Source of the DNA: Candidatus Shapirobacteria bacterium | GTDB lineage: Bacteria; Patescibacteriota; Microgenomatia; UBA12405 | Direction: 5' to 3' | DNA length: 64,000 nt | NCBI GenBank assembly: GCA_041659325.1 | Contig: JBAZYN010000003.1 | Coordinates: 71,296 to 135,295 of the forward strand | Shown here: positions 1 through 10,261 of the stretch, in pieces | Layout of the letters: each line of letters starts with the position of its first letter | How positions within the stretch are numbered: position 1 is the first letter of the stretch | Program-made: the position numbers and the translations under genes | The notes under the pieces: model-generated | Told to the model about the DNA's origin: nothing | What the model saw: the letters and a program-made list of their open reading frames with translations, nothing else | The model's database searches: none

Positions 1-110
1 CTACGTTCAGGGTAAACTGGCTCAGGGTCGCAATGACCCTCCTACGCTACCGACTTTGCCAAGGCTACGGAGGGCAAGGCGTAATGACGTTGGGGGGGGA
101 AAAAAAGGTG
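1..110. repeat. Mosaic intergenic repeat block (modules ...ctcagggtcgcaatgac..., ccgac-ttg-gccaagg, ggctacggagggcaagg)
   Basis: Near-identical to blocks at 7300-7390 and 59940-60050; contains the cgcaatgacg motif that recurs more than 14 times in the window. Confidence 0.7.
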
Positions 111-121
111 GTAGGACGGGG

Positions 122-580
122 TTATTTTAGTTCCTGATAGAGGGCGTCTAAAAAAGCAATTTTGGGGAGATCTTTTATCTGTTCGATTGTCACCCACTTG
201 TAATCATCGTGTTCTTCGGGATTTAATTTGATTATCCCGCTTTTATACCGGCAAGAATAAACCAATTGGAACTGATGGCGTTCGGGGTTTGATAGGTGAT
301 CGAAGCAGAAAATTATTTTTTCGATATCTACCTCTAAATTAACTTCTTCCCTGATTTCCCTACTTAGGGCATTGACAGCCCTTTCATCAAAATCTATGGA
401 CCCGCCGGGAATATCCCAAACGTTTGACATATAGTCGTTTATAGGTGAGCGGTGGGTGATTAAAAATTTGCCGTCTTTTTTTATAAGACCATGGGCAGCG
501 ACTTTGAAATATGGCATGGGTAATTTTAACAGTTTTGTTATAATATCGGGTGTTATAAGGTTTAAAAAATATGAGTCCAT
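122..580 (-). CDS. NUDIX hydrolase
   Basis: Nudix box GGSIDFDERAVNALSREIREEVNL (GX5EX7REUXEEXGU). Confidence 0.8.
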   Translation of the reverse strand: MDSYFLNLITPDIITKLLKLPMPYFKVAAHGLIKKDGKFLITHRSPINDYMSNVWDIPGGSIDFDERAVNALSREIREEVNLEVDIEKIIFCFDHLSNPERHQFQLVYSCRYKSGIIKLNPEEHDDYKWVTIEQIKDLPKIAFLDALYQELK

Positions 581-912
581 TTAAAATAGAAATTGGGGGT
601 GAACCCGGGGGTGAAGAGGTTGATTTACAGGTGGGTGAAGAGGAATCCACACAAAAAGTCCCGTGCGAATTTCAGGTTAGGGGAGGCCAGGGCTTTGTGG
701 CGGCTGGAGCTGATTGGTTTGCGGGCGGCAATGGCAGAGAAGGAAAATATTCTGCCCTTTTAGTTGCTTGTCCCGTGGATTCCATGAAAAGGTTGGTGGT
801 AGGAAAAAACGAGTCTGATACCGCAGAAATGGAGTGGCAGAGATCCACTGGTCCAGTTTTGATACGAGTGACTTTAAGCCGAATTTTACAAGTGGTCGAA
901 AAAGGGCGGTAA
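571..912 (+). CDS. hypothetical protein
   Basis: 113-aa ORF, Gly/Glu-rich N-terminus, no recognisable motif; could be spurious. Confidence 0.25.
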   Translation: MSPFKIEIGGEPGGEEVDLQVGEEESTQKVPCEFQVRGGQGFVAAGADWFAGGNGREGKYSALLVACPVDSMKRLVVGKNESDTAEMEWQRSTGPVLIRVTLSRILQVVEKGR

Positions 913-933
913 AAATCTAGAAACGGCTAAATT

Positions 934-1707
934 TTATTGTGTTACACGAACGGTTTTGGAGGGAACCGGGAGTGAAGTCATCTCGGGCAAATTGGCTTTG
1001 ATGATCTCTTTGATTTCGTCTTTGGTGACAAAACCATCGGCACAATAAGTTTGGTTTTCGATGACCTTTTGGAAAACTTCACAGTTTAGACCCATACCGT
1101 ATTGGTTACCCCCGCCCTGAGCGAGACCGGTCTGAACTTTTGGAACTCCGGAGGGCATTTGGAAGCCGGTGGGCATCTGAAAGCCGGAAGGAAGAGGGAT
1201 AGCTTTGTTGCCAAGCATCATGCCCATACCAAGAATTCCCTGGCCTAGTTCGTCATCTTCACAAATAAAACCATAGAACTTTTGGGCGGTTTCACAAGGG
1301 ATGCCTTTGGCAAGATCCTGACCGGATTCGCCCATCATTTGTCTGGTGCCGCCGTCGGAGGTGTCGGTGGTACCCCAACCCCAGGCTTTGGTGCCACTTG
1401 GCATTGGCATAACTTTTGGAGTTTCAGAGTTTTGTCTTTTCACGGTGGTGACTGAAGAACTACCGACGGGTAATTGTTTTAGAATATTTTGCCAACTGAT
1501 GCCTAACACCTGGGAATTTTGGGTGGTCAGCCAGAGCTGAGCTCCCTGAAATAAGGCGAGAGCAAATAAAGAAAATGCGCCGAGGGCGATATAAAGACGA
1601 TTGCTGTTTGGGTTCATATTAATAATATAATGGGCCAAATTTTGAGGGTTGTCAAGAATGAGAGTGACCGAGAATGCCGGAGGAGCAGAAAAATTACTTG
1701 AATTCAA
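934..1707 (-). CDS. hypothetical secreted/membrane-anchored protein
   Basis: N-terminal TM/signal segment (LYIALGAFSLFALALF), Gly/Met-rich repeats GFQMPTGFQMPSG; overlaps the next ORF by 14 nt (operon). Confidence 0.5.
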   Translation of the reverse strand: MNSSNFSAPPAFSVTLILDNPQNLAHYIINMNPNSNRLYIALGAFSLFALALFQGAQLWLTTQNSQVLGISWQNILKQLPVGSSSVTTVKRQNSETPKVMPMPSGTKAWGWGTTDTSDGGTRQMMGESGQDLAKGIPCETAQKFYGFICEDDELGQGILGMGMMLGNKAIPLPSGFQMPTGFQMPSGVPKVQTGLAQGGGNQYGMGLNCEVFQKVIENQTYCADGFVTKDEIKEIIKANLPEMTSLPVPSKTVRVTQ

Positions 1708-2212
1708 AGTCTTTTATCTCTGCAGCCAGATGGGGCATGGTTTCCGTGACAAGACCGCGAACAACGGCAGAATATCGGCCTGTTCTTTCGGGGCCATAGC
1801 TTGGGGCATATCCTAGAATTAAAGTTGATTCAATCCTTTGGGATCCGGCTTCCGGCTGTTCGGTGTATGACCACTGGTCGCCGTCTAACCGATTCCTGAC
1901 TAGAAACTCGGAACTGAAAAAATCGTCGCTGATCATAACAGGATCGAGATGCGCCGCTTTGACCTCCCCTACAACAAGCGAAAGAACGAAAAGCCGAGAG
2001 GCCTCCAGATTTGGAAATGATAATCTTAGCCAGCCGGAATTTTGTTTCAAACGGGTACCGGCAAACCATGGAGTCAGGTCTATTTTGTCCATACTTTCTA
2101 CAACTTCCGCAGGAGAAGACGGGTAATTGGTACCAAAAATTTCGTGTAAAAGCGGTTGATCGGCGGGGGCGGGGGCAGTATGGATTTTATCGACTTCAGA
2201 TTGTGCGGACAT
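1694..2212 (-). CDS. hypothetical protein
   Basis: 172-aa ORF, translationally coupled to the downstream ORF; no motif recognised. Confidence 0.45.
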   Translation of the reverse strand: MSAQSEVDKIHTAPAPADQPLLHEIFGTNYPSSPAEVVESMDKIDLTPWFAGTRLKQNSGWLRLSFPNLEASRLFVLSLVVGEVKAAHLDPVMISDDFFSSEFLVRNRLDGDQWSYTEQPEAGSQRIESTLILGYAPSYGPERTGRYSAVVRGLVTETMPHLAAEIKDFEFK

Positions 2213-2239
2213 TTTTAAAAAGGTGACTTGCTGATGTGA

Positions 2240-3325
2240 TTATTCTAAATAATCCATGAGCTTTTTTCTACGGGAAGGGTGCCTTAATTTTCGCAGGGCT
2301 TTTGCCTCGATTTGACGAATACGCTCGCGGGTGACATTGAAAATCTTGCCGACTTCCTCGAGAGTTTTGGGGGTTTCCCCCATCAAACCAAAGCGGAGAG
2401 ATAAAACTTTTGATTCCCGCTCGTCGAGGCTATCGAGAACTTCCTCGATGGATTCGCGCAATAATTCTTTTGAAGTTTCTTCGTAGGGAGAGGGCTGGGT
2501 GGTGTCTTCGATAAAGTCACCTAAAAATGAGTCTTCATCGTCGCCGACCGGAGTGGCCAGAGAAGTAGTGTCCTGAGAGATCCGATAAATTTCTTCTACT
2601 TTTTCGATAGTAACCCCAACCTCTTCGGCGATTTCGTCGATGGTCGGCTCGCGGCCTAGTTTTTGGGTAAGGGCGCGGGTGGCTTTGTAAACTTTGTTGA
2701 TGGTTTCCACCATATGAACGGGAATACGGATGGTTTTGGCCTGGTCGGCGATAGCGCGGGTAATAGCCTGACGTATCCACCAGGTGGCATAGGTGGAAAA
2801 CTTGAAACCCCGGTGCCAATCAAATTTTTCGACAGCGCGCATAAGGCCTTGATTGCCTTCCTGAACCAAATCAAGAAAAGTCAAACCGCGGCCGATATAT
2901 TTTTTGGCAATGGAAACAACAAGCCTTAAATTGGCATTGATTAAGTCAGCCCGGGCGACCTGAGAACCTTTTTCGATTTCTTTGGCTAATCTGACCTCGT
3001 CTTCGAAAACCAAAAGATCGATTTTGCCAATCTCTTTGAGATACATGCGGACCGAGTCGATACTGCCTTTGGGAGACAGTAGGGCCAAAAGATCGGCGCT
3101 ATTGAGTTTTTGTTTTTCGGCCTCGATGGCTTCTTTGGATTCGACTTTGTCGAAAACATCGACACCACGCTCGAAAAGATAATTAAAAACATCATCTACC
3201 TGCTCAATATATTTTTCCGGCTCGGGAATAAGAGCGATGATTTCTTCGTTGGTAAGATAGTGGAGCTTTTTGGCCTGGGCGACTAGGGTTTGTTTTATCT
3301 TGGAAAAATCTAGGGTAGCTGGCAT
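2240..3325 (-). CDS. rpoD: RNA polymerase sigma-70 factor RpoD
   Basis: Region 2 [41 protein letters not shown]; region 4 [30 protein letters not shown]. Confidence 0.95.
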   Translation of the reverse strand: MPATLDFSKIKQTLVAQAKKLHYLTNEEIIALIPEPEKYIEQVDDVFNYLFERGVDVFDKVESKEAIEAEKQKLNSADLLALLSPKGSIDSVRMYLKEIGKIDLLVFEDEVRLAKEIEKGSQVARADLINANLRLVVSIAKKYIGRGLTFLDLVQEGNQGLMRAVEKFDWHRGFKFSTYATWWIRQAITRAIADQAKTIRIPVHMVETINKVYKATRALTQKLGREPTIDEIAEEVGVTIEKVEEIYRISQDTTSLATPVGDDEDSFLGDFIEDTTQPSPYEETSKELLRESIEEVLDSLDERESKVLSLRFGLMGETPKTLEEVGKIFNVTRERIRQIEAKALRKLRHPSRRKKLMDYLE

Positions 3326-3357
3326 CGGTGTATTGTATATGAAATTATTGAGTAAAT

Positions 3358-5151
3358 CTACCTTTTTTGGGACTGAAAAGCAGCAAGTTTTGCAAGTAGC
3401 TGGTTGTACTCGGACTCGATGCTTTTTAAATCGACTTCATCGTCTGAGTTTTCACTATTGGCAATAACCGTACTGAGATTGTTTAGTTTATCCTTTAAAT
3501 AGATAATATTCAACTGGCTGATGGTCTTTTTTATTTCCCGGGTTTTTTTGCCGGATTCGAAGTTTTGAGACTCGGCGGCAATGAAAAGACTTTGAAAAGT
3601 ATCCCTAATTTCGGGCGGAAGAGTATCGCGGAAGGTTTTGGGGTCAAATTTTTTGGTTTTTTGCAGGGTATCGGCGATGGTTTTGAAGCGGGGGGTGTCA
3701 AAAAGGGAGAGATCGGCGGCGTGTTTTTTGGCGACTTTGGAGGGATCCCGGCAGGAAATAATGAGAATTAAAAGAATTTCTTCCAGTTTTTCTTTTTTGG
3801 GAGGACCGGAGGGAGTGGCTGATACGGGAGCGGAAACGGTGATATTGGACTTGGAGTATGAGCTATATTTGGCCGACTCGGCAACCACGGCCTCTTCTTT
3901 GGAGCCGACACGGTTTGCCAGTTTCCCCAAATAATCGGATTTGGTAACAGCGTCGGAAATTCGGGCTAAAAAGGGCAGGACGGCGGCCATAATTTGGCTC
4001 TTACCGCGGGAAGTGGCAATACCAAAATTTTTGATACTGGAGTCTATAATAAAATCCCAGATAGGCACGGCCTTGGAAAGCCTGGAACGGAAAAAATCGG
4101 GATCGGCCTTGACGGCCTCGTCGGGATCTTTGTATTTGCCTTCTAGATCAATTACCCGGATGTCAAAACCGAGATTATCGGCCAATTCAATGCTTTTTTT
4201 GGCGGCATTGTTGCCGGCGAAATCAGAATCAAGACCAAGAATAAGGGTGTCGGTATAACGTTTGAGAAGTTGGAGCTGATCCTGGGTAAAGGCAGTACCT
4301 TTGAGAGCGACAATGTTTTGGATACCTATCTGGTAGGGAGAGATCATATCAAACTCCCCTTCGACGATGACAACTGAGGATTTGGTTCTTATGGCTTCTT
4401 TGGCTAAATTAAGGCCAAAAAGCATTTGGCTTTTGTGATAAATTTCGGTTTCGGGAGAGTTTATATATTTGGCCATGTTTTGATTGGGGGCGAAAGGGAG
4501 AATCCGGCCGGAGAAGCCCAAAACCCGGTCGCGATAATCGGTGAGAGCAAAGGTGAGGCGGCCCTGAAAGCGGTCGTAGAAACCGCCTGATTTGTACTGA
4601 CTTTGGCCGAAGGTACCGGTGGATAAAAGCTCCCGGATGGTATAACCCTTTTTTTGAAGAAAATTGGCTATGAGCCTGGAATCGGTGGGGGCAAAACCAA
4701 TTTGAAATAGCTTGATTGATTCCCTTGTTACCCCTCTGTCTAAAACATAATCAAGGGCCTTTTGGCCCAGAGGATGGGATAAAAGAATATAGTTGTAGAA
4801 TTTGGCAACGTGGCTGTTGATTTCGATGAGGATTTTTTTGGCGGCTTCTTCGCGACTGATATCCTCATTTTGTTGGAGTTTTACCCCAGCGATTTTGGCC
4901 AGCTGCTCGAGAGATTCGCGAAAAGATATGTGCTCGTATTCCTGCAAAAAAGTAAAGGCATCACCGGCTTTGCCGCAACCAAAACATTTGAAAATTTGTA
5001 GCTCGGGAGAAACTAAAAACGAAGGGGTTTTTTCACCATGAAATGGACAATTGGTGACATAGTGGCGGCCCCTTTTTTTTAGCGGTAAATATGCGGATAT
5101 TACATTGACAATGTCTATTTTTTGCTTGATTTCGTCGACCTGATTTTCCAC
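3358..5151 (-). CDS. dnaG: DNA primase DnaG
   Basis: CHC2 zinc finger [11 protein letters not shown]...[15 protein letters not shown] region EGEFDMIS...[10 protein letters not shown]; dnaG-rpoD macromolecular-synthesis operon order. Confidence 0.95.
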   Translation of the reverse strand: MENQVDEIKQKIDIVNVISAYLPLKKRGRHYVTNCPFHGEKTPSFLVSPELQIFKCFGCGKAGDAFTFLQEYEHISFRESLEQLAKIAGVKLQQNEDISREEAAKKILIEINSHVAKFYNYILLSHPLGQKALDYVLDRGVTRESIKLFQIGFAPTDSRLIANFLQKKGYTIRELLSTGTFGQSQYKSGGFYDRFQGRLTFALTDYRDRVLGFSGRILPFAPNQNMAKYINSPETEIYHKSQMLFGLNLAKEAIRTKSSVVIVEGEFDMISPYQIGIQNIVALKGTAFTQDQLQLLKRYTDTLILGLDSDFAGNNAAKKSIELADNLGFDIRVIDLEGKYKDPDEAVKADPDFFRSRLSKAVPIWDFIIDSSIKNFGIATSRGKSQIMAAVLPFLARISDAVTKSDYLGKLANRVGSKEEAVVAESAKYSSYSKSNITVSAPVSATPSGPPKKEKLEEILLILIISCRDPSKVAKKHAADLSLFDTPRFKTIADTLQKTKKFDPKTFRDTLPPEIRDTFQSLFIAAESQNFESGKKTREIKKTISQLNIIYLKDKLNNLSTVIANSENSDDEVDLKSIESEYNQLLAKLAAFQSQKR

Positions 5152-5169
5152 TGAGTAATTGTAGCATTC

Positions 5170-5325
5170 AAACCCTAACCCTACCCTTTCCCTTGACAGG
5201 GCAAGGGATAATTGAAATCAAAACATCCCCCTGCCTGCCGGCAGGCAGGGATTGCCACGTCGTTCCACTCCTTCCGCCAAAGGCGGAGAAGCGCAATGAC
5301 GGGTAAGAAGCAATGACGGAAGGGG
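5170..5325. repeat. Mosaic palindromic repeat block (cccttgacagggcaaggg; ccctgcctgccggcaggcaggg; gattgccac-hairpin-cgcaatgacgg)
   Basis: Perfect palindromes; the same modules recur at 10370, 23942, 37862, 34590, 37880 and 61985. Confidence 0.8.
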
Positions 5326-5369
5326 TTAACTGAATACGAGGAGGAGGTCATTTGGTTGAAACCCATCTA

Positions 5370-5726
5370 TTATGCCTGAGTGACAATATCCGCTAGCGCC
5401 TGGCAACCATCTCTTTCTGGACTATTATAATTTGCTCTAAGAATAGGCTGTCCGTCTTTAGTGTGGGAAATAATGGTTACTTCGTTTCCGATCTGTTTAC
5501 GAATTTCGCTTGCGACGGCTTGTCCATCTCGTCTACTAGTGCCCAAATTATCAGCCACAATTACAACTGCCCGTTCAGGAATACGAGGAATTAGCGCTAA
5601 AGCTTTTTCTAGGGAATCTGCAGTTTCACGAACACTGTGACCATTTCTTTCTAAAGTAGCTCTGGTTATTTCTATTTGATCGGGATTACGTTTGATAAGA
5701 TAAGTTTCTGCGTGAGACGGTGACAT
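5370..5726 (-). CDS. hypothetical protein
   Basis: 118-aa ORF, good coding look; no motif recognised. Confidence 0.45.
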   Translation of the reverse strand: MSPSHAETYLIKRNPDQIEITRATLERNGHSVRETADSLEKALALIPRIPERAVVIVADNLGTSRRDGQAVASEIRKQIGNEVTIISHTKDGQPILRANYNSPERDGCQALADIVTQA

Positions 5727-5821
5727 GTATTGGTATGATACAAAAAGATGGTGGTAAAAGCAAGAAAGGGACCGAAGGTGGGGAGAGACAAATAATTTTG
5801 TAATCAGTAATCGGTAAGAAA

Positions 5822-5932
5822 GGTTTAGCCGAATTCGAGAATGAGTCCGTGCAATCCAAATCCCTCTTTAATTCTCCCTTTGACAAGGGAGAACATTGAT
5901 TATTGCCAGGGGAGGGTTTAGCCGAATTCGAG
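5822..5932. repeat. 75-bp insert carrying module aaatccctctttaattctccctttgacaagggagaac, flanked by 18-bp direct repeats ggtttagccgaattcgag (5822-5839 and 5915-5932)
   Basis: The second DR copy is the last 4 codons plus stop (LEFG*) of the permease gene. The first copy is an orphan duplicate distal to the insert. Confidence 0.8.
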
Positions 5933-7000
5933 TAATAAACCAAAAGTAAGAGATACAAAGATAAGAACTGCAAGAAGGAAGGTGACAGGTCGGGGATTGA
6001 TTCTTAGGCGGATGGCGCAAATCATGAGAGCAGAAACATATATGGTGATGGCGCCGGTAAGAGAAATTACCTGGATGAAGGGGACGGAAAATAGAAAAAG
6101 GCTAAGAAATGGAATAGCCAGGGGAAGAATTTGCGAAACAGGTTTTGAGAGACGGAAGTCACGATAAAAGAGCTCACGGAAGACTAAGAGAAAATTGAGA
6201 GAAGCTTCGTAGGTAATTAGAAGTCCAAAAACCGCCAGGCATCTCCCCAACCAGGGAGAGACTTTGAAGATGCCTGTGATCGAATCTACGGACAGAGAAA
6301 AACCGCTAAGCCGAATAACGGAAAAACTGAAAATTAAATAAATTAGTGAAACTAAAAGCAAACCGATAAGGGAGGCCAGGACGGTGTGTTTGGATTTGTC
6401 GGGCTGACCGCGAAAAAGCTCCTCTATTTCGGGAATTATAGTAAAACCACTGAGGGCAAAAATAAGAGAACCGAAAAAAGAAAAATTGGGGACAACCGAG
6501 CTGAGAGCCGGAGGAAGAGCTTGCAGGGCGGCAGAGAGAATTAGAAGAGGAACAAGAAGGATGGCGATGGGGATAATGTTTTCCAGGCGGCGGATGAGAT
6601 CGAAACGGTAGAGATGGCTAAAAGCCAGCAGAATTATGAAAATCACTGAGGCGGCAAAAAGCGGAATATAGGGGAAAAGAATGACTAAAAAATTTGAGAA
6701 AAGCTTGATATAAGCAATGGTGGCACCAAGACCGAGCAGAAGAATATTGAGGGAGGCAAGAGTTTTGAAATTTTTGCCAAGATAGATTTGGGCGTAACCG
6801 GAAAACTGATGATCCCCGGCCGTGTTTAAAACAACTTCGAGATAAAAGTAATTTATGAAACCGGAGACGATGGTGAGAATTCCCAAAAATATCAGAGAAA
6901 AATAAAAATCCGATTTGTAAAAAAGATAAGGCAGGGCGAAAATTCCGGCGCCGACAGTGCCGTAAAATTGGAGAAAGACGGCCTTTGAAAAGCGGGACAT
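5918..7000 (-). CDS. amino acid permease-like membrane transporter
   Basis: 10-12 TM helices; N-terminal GTVGAGIFALPY motif typical of amino-acid transporter families. Confidence 0.6.
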   Translation of the reverse strand: MSRFSKAVFLQFYGTVGAGIFALPYLFYKSDFYFSLIFLGILTIVSGFINYFYLEVVLNTAGDHQFSGYAQIYLGKNFKTLASLNILLLGLGATIAYIKLFSNFLVILFPYIPLFAASVIFIILLAFSHLYRFDLIRRLENIIPIAILLVPLLILSAALQALPPALSSVVPNFSFFGSLIFALSGFTIIPEIEELFRGQPDKSKHTVLASLIGLLLVSLIYLIFSFSVIRLSGFSLSVDSITGIFKVSPWLGRCLAVFGLLITYEASLNFLLVFRELFYRDFRLSKPVSQILPLAIPFLSLFLFSVPFIQVISLTGAITIYVSALMICAIRLRINPRPVTFLLAVLIFVSLTFGLLLEFG

Positions 7001-7400
7001 TGGTTAAGTATAGAGTCTAAAAGTCTTAAAGTCGAAAGTCTAAAGTTTAAAGCCAGCATAAACAAATTAATAATTAACAATTAACAGATTTGTATCTGTA
7101 ATCGGTAATCAGTAATTGGTAATTAGTAATCTGTAAACTGTAATTAGCCTTAGCTGTAAGCGAGTGCACTAAATCCCTCTTAAAATTTCAATTTGTCCCG
7201 CCCGTCGGACAGGCAGGAGCAATCTTAAAACAACTCTACTATTTCAATCCTGTAAGGATTGCTTCGTCGCCTGAAAGGCTTCTCGCAATGACGGGGGCGG
7301 AAGATTGCCACTCCTTCCCTTCAACTATGTTCAGGGCAAGCCCTTCGACAAGCTCAGGATAAACTAGCTCAGGGTCGCAATGACGGGGAAAAGGGAAATT
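7001..7400. repeat. Composite intergenic repeat region (9-mer tandem gtctNaaag units, GTAATN hexamer array, palindromic modules)
   Basis: atagagtctaaaagtcttaaagtcgaaagtctaaag (compare 61960-62080); gtaatcggtaatcagtaattggtaattagtaatctgtaa; block 7300-7390 matches 1-60 and 59940-60000. Confidence 0.8.
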
Positions 7401-7436
7401 AAGAATTTAAAAAAACAAAAAACCAGGAAAGCTCTA

Positions 7437-7560
7437 ATTTCCCTCGAAGCGGCGGTGGCGGCGGTTGAACTCGATGGCGGCGTCGACAATTTTTGAGGGA
7501 TTAAAATCGGGGAAATGATCTTTTTCAAAATAGAATTCGGCATAGGCGTAATTTATAAAA
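7437..7560 (-). pseudogene. Duplicated 3' fragment of uppS (last ~36 codons plus stop)
   Basis: ~108 bp (7441-7548) about 93% identical to 8300-8407; translates to ...YAYAEFYFEKDHFPDFNPSKIVDAAIEFNRRHRRFEGN*. Confidence 0.85.
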
Positions 7561-7567
7561 ATATCGA

Positions 7568-8284
7568 TTAGTGGTGGAAAAACTGACGGACGGAAAGAAG
7601 TAGATAGTTAGTGGCAGCCGAAACGAATAGGATGCCCTGCAATGCCTTGTTTGTGAGGGACTTTTCGCCTTTTTCTGTCCCGGGGGTGTTTGGATCGATT
7701 AGCTTTATACCTTCTTGGGTTTTGAATAGATTATTGGAGTGGCGGAGAGAAAAAACAGCCCTGTCGACGATAAAAAGAAGTGACATCTTGTCGGGGACAC
7801 TTTCGTCCCTTCCGATTAAATCGTAATTTACTCCATATCTTAAATAGCATTTCATTGAATCGAATAAAATACATCTAAGCTGTGTGATATCGGCAGGCGG
7901 TAAACTCAAAATCCCCTTTAGCCCGAGTTTATTAAGAGGAGTACCTTCGACAAACTGCTGTATTCGGGCAATCCGGCTTGTCCCGGGAGCAGTACCCCCA
8001 ACAACCAGATAAGATTGAGCGACTATGGATTGTCTGGCTTGTTCCCCTGCGGTCCTTAACGTCAACTCTTCCAGAGTCCGTAATTTTTTTGCTTCGTTCC
8101 AAGCCTGATGCGGAGTATGGTCCCAAAAATTGTCCTTGGCGACCTTGACCACTACACCTTGGCCACTATCCGGAAGATAAACATTGGTTGATTTAGATTC
8201 GGTAGTGTTGTGATGATGATTCAAGTCAAACGGTAATCCCTGAGTATCAGACGAACGGTCGATCGACATATCTGATGATATCAA
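7568..8284 (-). CDS. hypothetical protein (inserted between uppS and its duplicated 3' end)
   Basis: 238-aa ORF; His-rich N-terminus; no motif recognised; begins 4 bp after the uppS stop. Confidence 0.55.
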   Translation of the reverse strand: MISSDMSIDRSSDTQGLPFDLNHHHNTTESKSTNVYLPDSGQGVVVKVAKDNFWDHTPHQAWNEAKKLRTLEELTLRTAGEQARQSIVAQSYLVVGGTAPGTSRIARIQQFVEGTPLNKLGLKGILSLPPADITQLRCILFDSMKCYLRYGVNYDLIGRDESVPDKMSLLFIVDRAVFSLRHSNNLFKTQEGIKLIDPNTPGTEKGEKSLTNKALQGILFVSAATNYLLLSVRQFFHH

Positions 8285-8290
8285 AATTTG

Positions 8291-9019
8291 TTAATTTCCC
8301 CCGAAGCGGCGGTGGCGGCGGTTGAACTCGATGACAGCGTCAATGATTTTTGACGGATTGAAATCGGGGAAATGATCTTTTTCAAAATAGAATTCGGCAT
8401 AGGCGTTTTGCCAGGACATGAAGCCCGATAGGCGCTGTTCACCGGAGCTGCGGATAATAAGATCGGGATTGGGATAGGGCTGATTTTGCAGATTGAGATA
8501 TTTGTCGATCAACTGTTGATCGACTTTGTCCGGACTGATTTTGTCGGCGACAATGGCAGAAACAACGCGGGTAATTTCGTCTTTGCCGCCGTAATCGAGG
8601 CATATATTGAAAACATGATCGGTAAAGTGAGCGGTGTCGGCTTCGGCTTTGGCGATAGCTGAGGCCAAACTTTTGGGAATACGGTCTTTACGGCCACGGT
8701 GGATAATTTTTACTTTTTCTTTTTTGGCGGAGTCAATTTGTTTTTTGAGAAAAAGCTCGTAGAGCTTCATGAGATAGGCAATTTCTTCTGCTGACCGGTT
8801 CCAGTTTTCGGTGGAAAAACACCAGACGGAGACGGTGTGAACGCCGATTTCCCAACAAGCTTCGGTAACTTCAACAGCGGCATCAAAACCCTTTTTGTGG
8901 CCTTCGAGGGTATACATGCCCCTGGCTTTGGCCCAACGACGGTTACCATCGGGAATTATGGCGATATGGTGGGGAATTTCTGAATTTTCAGGCAAGGAAA
9001 GATTCCATTTTGATTTCAT
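8291..9019 (-). CDS. uppS: undecaprenyl diphosphate synthase (isoprenyl transferase)
   Basis: HIAIIPDGNRRWA motif; ...RRHRRFGGN C-terminus. Confidence 0.9.
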   Translation of the reverse strand: MKSKWNLSLPENSEIPHHIAIIPDGNRRWAKARGMYTLEGHKKGFDAAVEVTEACWEIGVHTVSVWCFSTENWNRSAEEIAYLMKLYELFLKKQIDSAKKEKVKIIHRGRKDRIPKSLASAIAKAEADTAHFTDHVFNICLDYGGKDEITRVVSAIVADKISPDKVDQQLIDKYLNLQNQPYPNPDLIIRSSGEQRLSGFMSWQNAYAEFYFEKDHFPDFNPSKIIDAVIEFNRRHRRFGGN

Positions 9020-9048
9020 TAAAGATTACGTCGGATAAAATTATAAAA

Positions 9049-10167
9049 TCATTCCGAGGCTTTGCGGAGCTTGGTTATTTTGAATAGATATGGAGAGACA
9101 ATATAGAGAACTTCGAAAGTGGCCACCGATAACTCGAAGGCACTGGGAATGTTGCTAGTAACGATATATGCGCCGATACCAAGAATGACGGCGTTTTTGA
9201 AGGTTTGATCCATCTTGATTTTGTAAACTTTGTTGATTGCCTCTTGAGCGATAGAGGCTTTTTGGGCGGTATCGGAAGCTTTGGCGGCGCCGGTATAACC
9301 AGCGTGGTAGGTTGTGAGAAATGTACCAATGGCGGTGATTAGATTCATGGTACTGTTTTGACGGGTCAAATCCGCCATAAGAGTAACCCCCTGAAAGGAG
9401 GTGGGGAGGTGACGAAGGATAATAGTGGAGAGGATAAAAAGAGTGCCGCTGAAACCACCAATTTTTAGTAACATCCGGTTGTAGTTGATGCGGGCGGAGA
9501 GAATTTTTTTATTGCGCGAAAAGATAAATTTGACAAGGCGCCAAAGAAACCGGCCGAGAACGAAAAACAAAGTCATACCAAGCCAAATTTTGGCGATGGT
9601 TAACCAATCAAGGGCATAACTTTCGGTGACTTTGAAAAAAGGGAGGCGGAAGTCGGTGCCGCGAAGAGGATAGTCGGGATATTTGACGAAATCATAGAGG
9701 AGTTTTGGATCAAGGGGGGTGTTGTAAAAATCGATAAGAAATATCCGGCCGGCGGAAAAGAAGGCAATAGCATTGACAATAAAATTGAAAACATAAAAGA
9801 CGATAGTGGCATCTCCCTTTCTTATCTTTTCGGTAAAGACGAAGTACTGGTCATTTTCTTTGGTATTTTCCAGTAGTTCCTCGAAGACTTTGAGCCTGGT
9901 GTCGAAGAAGTCACCTAAAAGACGGAGAGGCATAAAAGCAAGATTTTGGATAACACCGATAAGGAGGACGGAAACCCAGATTTGGCCGGTAAAGTTGTAA
10001 AGGGTAAAAAAGATACTGGCGTACAAACGAAAGCTGCCGCCGCGGAAAAACCAGATAAAAATGGCAAAAAGAAAAATTATGAGGGCGGAAGTAAGGAGTG
10101 GCAGCCAGAGACGGCTGTTGTCGATATTCCTGATTTTGGAGATTGATTGGTCGCTACCGGTATCCAC
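9049..10167 (-). CDS. hypothetical polytopic membrane protein
   Basis: Multiple TM helices; no secure motif (YidC-like not confirmed). Confidence 0.4.
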   Translation of the reverse strand: MDTGSDQSISKIRNIDNSRLWLPLLTSALIIFLFAIFIWFFRGGSFRLYASIFFTLYNFTGQIWVSVLLIGVIQNLAFMPLRLLGDFFDTRLKVFEELLENTKENDQYFVFTEKIRKGDATIVFYVFNFIVNAIAFFSAGRIFLIDFYNTPLDPKLLYDFVKYPDYPLRGTDFRLPFFKVTESYALDWLTIAKIWLGMTLFFVLGRFLWRLVKFIFSRNKKILSARINYNRMLLKIGGFSGTLFILSTIILRHLPTSFQGVTLMADLTRQNSTMNLITAIGTFLTTYHAGYTGAAKASDTAQKASIAQEAINKVYKIKMDQTFKNAVILGIGAYIVTSNIPSAFELSVATFEVLYIVSPYLFKITKLRKASE

Positions 10168-10174
10168 TATGTGA

Positions 10175-10258
10175 TTATAACGAATTACGAATTAATAATT
10201 ACGAATTACGAATTATCAGGTAATCTGTAATTGGTAACCGGTAATCGGTAACCAGCTC
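10175..10258. repeat. GTAATN / AATTAC hexamer tandem array forming a long imperfect hairpin
   Basis: attacgaattaataattacgaattacgaatta...ggtaatctgtaattggtaaccggtaatcggtaacc. Confidence 0.75.
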
Positions 10259-10261
10259 AAT

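Noticed and set aside
3565-5041. Numerous 60-105-aa ORFs antisense to dnaG, rpoD, valS and other large genes
   Set aside because: They are embedded in the opposite strand of well-supported genes and have low-complexity composition. They are typical shadow ORFs.
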